This document shows positions 60,298 through 64,000 of a stretch of 64,000 nucleotides of DNA, in pieces. The notes under the pieces are model-generated. The model searched no databases. It had not been told where the DNA came from and worked only from the letters and a program-made list of their open reading frames with translations. The DNA comes from Macrostomum lignano. Taxonomy: Eukaryota. The stretch covers positions 1 through 64,000 of the forward strand of contig NIVC01001962.1 in assembly GCA_002269645.1 (NCBI GenBank), given 5' to 3'. Numbering within the stretch: the first letter of the stretch is position 1; each line of letters begins with the position of its first letter. The translations under genes were made by a program, and so were the position numbers.

Positions 60298-61549
60298 TAA
60301 ACGTGCAAAACTCGAGGCTTATGAATGCGAAATTCGAATAATTAATATCGAGTCACCAACTCTTAGAATTGTTTTTGTTGATGCGCCCGAAGCAGTCTGT
60401 TTCTTTTTTCTTTTACATTGTTTCTGGCTTCAAAACCCCGATGTTAATCGTCTTTGTTCCTCTTTTCATTTTCCTCTGTGCGTCTCTGCTTTCATTATAG
60501 TCTGTCCTGTTTAATGTGCTCCTCTCGTTTGTCATGCATCTTAAATGGGCAATAAAAATCATATAATATAAAATAGTTACAATTCTCGTCTGCTCTACTG
60601 ACCAACTCTGGTTAGTTAGTAGTATCAATAAACTGCGTTTTTTTTCTACACTTCCTCGTGTTTCTGAGTTCCTTGTGTTTTCTGTAGTAACCAATGCACT
60701 CAATGCCCATCCGAAACTGAAGGTGGTTGGTCCTGTTTTTAATTAATAATAATTGTCATTAGTTATCGTGTTAACTACTTGTAGTATCAATAGTAACTTT
60801 TTTCAATTTTAACAATCCTAACTGAGGCATAAGAATTAGGAGACTTGTTTAAAAGGCCCGGTATCCATTTTTGTGTTCCAAGTACTGAATTTGAACAAAA
60901 AAAACAATTCCGGAATTTTCATTCGCCTACATTTATTTAAACAAATTTTCTACAGTAAATTAATTAGGCCCCGTGTTTAGTTTAGATTTTAGTATATGGA
61001 TTTGTCTCTGAGTGCCAACCTGCTAATGCTGCATCATATTGTCTAATTCAAGTTTTATTATTTTACTACTGTGTAAGTTTGTCCCAGCTCAGTTCTGCCC
61101 AGTTCATCTCGATGGACCCTTTACTGACTAGCCTACTACTAACTAGTAGTACTGATGCCATGCTGCTCCTGAAGGTCCGTCATTTTGCTAGCATCTGCTC
61201 ATTATTATCCTTGGGTGTCCTTCTAGAGCAGTGTGGTCAGGCCTGGGCAGCACACCGCTGTCTGCCCGTTTTTCCTTCTCTCTGCGGCTGTTCGTGTGTC
61301 CTGTCTGTCCCGCTTAACCCTAAATTATATTTAGCCCGCCTGTTGTCTGCTATCTGTCTCAATGCCTTTGACTATGCGGCTAAGATAAAAATTACTCAAT
61401 TTATCAATTATTATTGTTATTATTATCATCTGCAAAGCTTAGTTCTGTTTTCTAATGGTCTGGATAAAATGCCATTTAAGCTTTTGGATTTTGCTTGTCT
61501 CTCTTATTTTTCTGCATGTATATAGTGCTAATGCTTAGTGGGTTTTAGG

Positions 61550-62220
61550 GATCGGGGAGTTTAGGGATTGGGGAGTTTAGGAATTGGGGAGTTTAGGGAT
61601 TTGGGAGTTTAGGGATTGGGGAGTTTGGGAATTGGGGAGTTTAGGGATTTGGGAGTTTAGGGATCGGGGAGTTTAGGGATTGGGGAGTTTAGGAATTGGG
61701 GAGTTTAGGAATTGGGGAGTTTAGGGATTTGGGAGTTTAGGGATTGGGGAGTTTGGGGATTTGGGAGTTTAGGGATTTGGGAGTTTAGGGATCGGGGAGT
61801 TTAGGGATTGGGGAGTTTAGGAATTGGGGAGTTTAGGAATTGGGGAGTTTAGGGATTTGGGAGTTTGGGAATTGGGGAGTTTAGGGATTGTGGAGTTTGG
61901 GAATTGGGGAGTTTAGGGATTTGGGAGTTTAGGGATCGGGGAGTTTAGGGATTGGGGAGTTTAGGGATTGGGGAGTTTAGGGATTGGGGAGTTTAGGAAT
62001 TGGGGAGTTTAGGAATTGGGGAGTTTAGGGATTTGGGAGTTTAGGGATTGGGGAGTTTAGGGATTGGGGAGTTTAGGGATTTGGGAGTTTAGGGATCGGG
62101 GAGTTTAGGGATTGGGGAGTTTAGGGATTGGGGAGTTTAGGAATTGGGGAGTTTAGGGATCGGAGAGTTCAGAGATTAGAGAGTTCAGAGATTAGAGAGT
62201 TTAGAGATTAGAGGGTTTAG
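61550..62220. repeat. 16-bp G-rich minisatellite containing TTAGGG (ggggagtttagggatt)
   Basis: Tandem unit, ~40 copies. Confidence 0.94.
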
Positions 62221-62859
62221 AGTGTAGAGCCCCTTTTTGGGAAGGCCAGCAAATTTCTCGAAGAAACGCTCAGTGGTTTTCCAGACTTCTGGGTCTTATA
62301 AAAATTTGCTTTTCAAGGTAAAGACGATCCACGCTATTTTCACAATCATAGTAAGGGCTTAATTAACTGTTTCCAGGTGTAATATATATTTGCATACAAG
62401 TCTAGATTTGTCTATAAGCAATGCAAAGCAATTTGCGAGGTAAGAGAGAATTAAAGACAAAAAATGTGCAAGTTCACGGCAGTGTAGTATGGTTACGTAA
62501 CAGCATATAATTTGTGTCATTGCCTGGTTCCCTGAAAACTGCCAATCTCAGGTCAGGTGCTTTGCAAAGTTCACATGGTTAAACCATAGAAGAAGTGCAT
62601 ATACGAGTCTATGGAGTTGATGTCAGTTAAAAATGTGTACATATGCTAATTACTCGTCTAATTGTCTGCATGTACAATTATAGAGAACATGCCAGTACGA
62701 ATGCGACATGCACAGCCGCCTATGATACGGGATATGTGCTCCGGACAGTTAAAAATTAATGTGCAGTACATGAAGAGGAACTACGTACACATACTGTAAC
62801 TTATGCACTTGACATGTGTATGGGACCTCACTCTGTCTGCAGACAGGATGCGTCACTCA

Positions 62860-63420
62860 TAAGACAGCTAGGATGCGTCACTCTAAAGGCGGGATGCTGA
62901 ACTTTTGAGACAATAATGCGTCACTCTAGAGACCAGATTGTCACTCAGAGACCGGATGAGTCACTCTAAACACCAAATGCGTCACTCTAGAGACATGTAT
63001 CACTCTAGAGATATGTCAATCTAGAGACCATGTGTGTCACTCAGAGACCGGATGAATTACTCTAGAGACCATGTGTGTCACTCAGAGACCGGATGAATTA
63101 CTCTAGAGACCATGTGTGTCACTCAGAGACCGGATGAATTACTCTAGAGACCATGTGTGTCACTCAGAGACCGGATGAGTCACTCTAGAGACATGCGTCC
63201 CTCAGAGACCGGATGAGTCACTCTAAACACATGTGTCACTCTAGAGACATGTGTCACTCTAGAGACCATGTGTGTCACTCAGAGACCGGATGAGTCACTC
63301 TAGAGACGTGTCACTCTAGAGACATGTCACTCTAGAGACCATGTGTGTCACTCAGAGACCGGATGAGTCACTCTAGAGACATGCGTCCCTCAGAGACCGG
63401 ATGAGTCACTCTAGAGACGC
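62860..63420. repeat. gtcactctagagac-based compound minisatellite, with a related 21-bp array at ~63545-63620
   Basis: Alternating gtcactctagagaccatgtgt and gtcactcagagaccggatga units. Confidence 0.88.
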
Positions 63421-63710
63421 TCGTATTGGGGGGGGTAGCGGGGAGTGCATGTACATAGTATACGCATGTCATTCTATAGACAGGATTCTTGTAAAAGTAC
63501 GTTTATATAAACGAAAACAGCACTGTTACAGATTGGGTAAGGACTCTAGCGACCGCACGAGTCACTCTAGCGACCGCAAGAGTCACTCTAGCGACCGCAC
63601 AAGTCACTCATCTAGAGACTGGATTTATCACTCTATCGACAATGATAAACTTCAGCGTCGATGCTGGCTAGAAAGTACATTCATTGGTAGAAAAGCGCAC
63701 CAGCCGCTCA

Positions 63711-64000
63711 TCATCGGGTGCACATGTTCATTGCGGTGTCAGCGGCCGCGGCGTCGACTTCATCGTCGTCCTCCAGCTCGACGTCGCCGTCCGGATCGTC
63801 CTCGTCCATGCCAACAGCTTCGTCGACGTCGACAAGACCGGCTTTGCCAACTGCCGGCCGCTGCAGAGCCGCCGCGGTGCCTCCTGCAGGCTGAGGGCTG
63901 CCGCAGTTGCCAGACTCCAGCTGATGCTGCTGATGAAGCTTCTTGCGCTGCTGCTGCTGCTGGCCGGGCTGCACCTGCATCTCCGCGATCCGGACGCCCA
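63711..64000 (-). CDS. Probable 3' terminal coding segment of an unidentified gene (continues beyond the window)
   Basis: The frame is open from the window edge (..GVRIAEMQVQPGQQQQQ..DEDDPDGDVELEDDDE..MCTR*). Its GC3-rich codons and Q/acidic low complexity match the other genes here. Confidence 0.55.
   Translation of the reverse strand, partial: GVRIAEMQVQPGQQQQQRKKLHQQHQLESGNCGSPQPAGGTAAALQRPAVGKAGLVDVDEAVGMDEDDPDGDVELEDDDEVDAAAADTAMNMCTR

Noticed and set aside
62584-62614. TA-CGAGTC-TA as another excision footprint
   Set aside because: It sits within a ccataga...tctatgg hairpin motif and is better explained as part of that repeat family. The 7-mers TA-TCG-TA at 10481, 34506 and 52566 are also within chance expectation and were not counted.

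Overview
Animal nuclear DNA with GT-AG introns, GC3-rich exons and dense minisatellites. The overall style suggests a free-living flatworm such as Macrostomum (inference, not shown by the sequence). Five conserved spliced genes were rebuilt with consistent intron phases: an alpha-arrestin (+, 5831-13413, 6 exons), a DEG/ENaC channel subunit (+, 16444-22094, 2 exons), NEMF/Rqc2 (-, 36355-43341, 5 exons), DDX21/DDX50 (-, 44380-48577, 5 exons) and STT3B (+, 53066-60297, 6 exons). There are also three intronless small secreted Cys-rich orphan ORFs, two of which are paralogues, and the 3' end of an unidentified minus-strand gene. Non-coding DNA holds about 25 unrelated tandem arrays, two copies of a tRNA-derived CORE-like SINE, several MITEs (one nested in another) and candidate TA-transposon excision footprints. 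Most interesting: (1) a 7 kb AT-rich, almost CpG-free valley around a CpG-retaining candidate bidirectional promoter, with a GC3 gradient running into both flanking genes; (2) the unannotated secreted 6-Cys protein pair; (3) a DEG/ENaC with HG>RG, pore D>R and GAS>GLT changes; (4) TA-footprints visible against sister repeat units; (5) a candidate DDX21-NEMF trans-spliced operon. No CRISPR or prokaryotic system is present. All counts were done by eye and no database searches were run.
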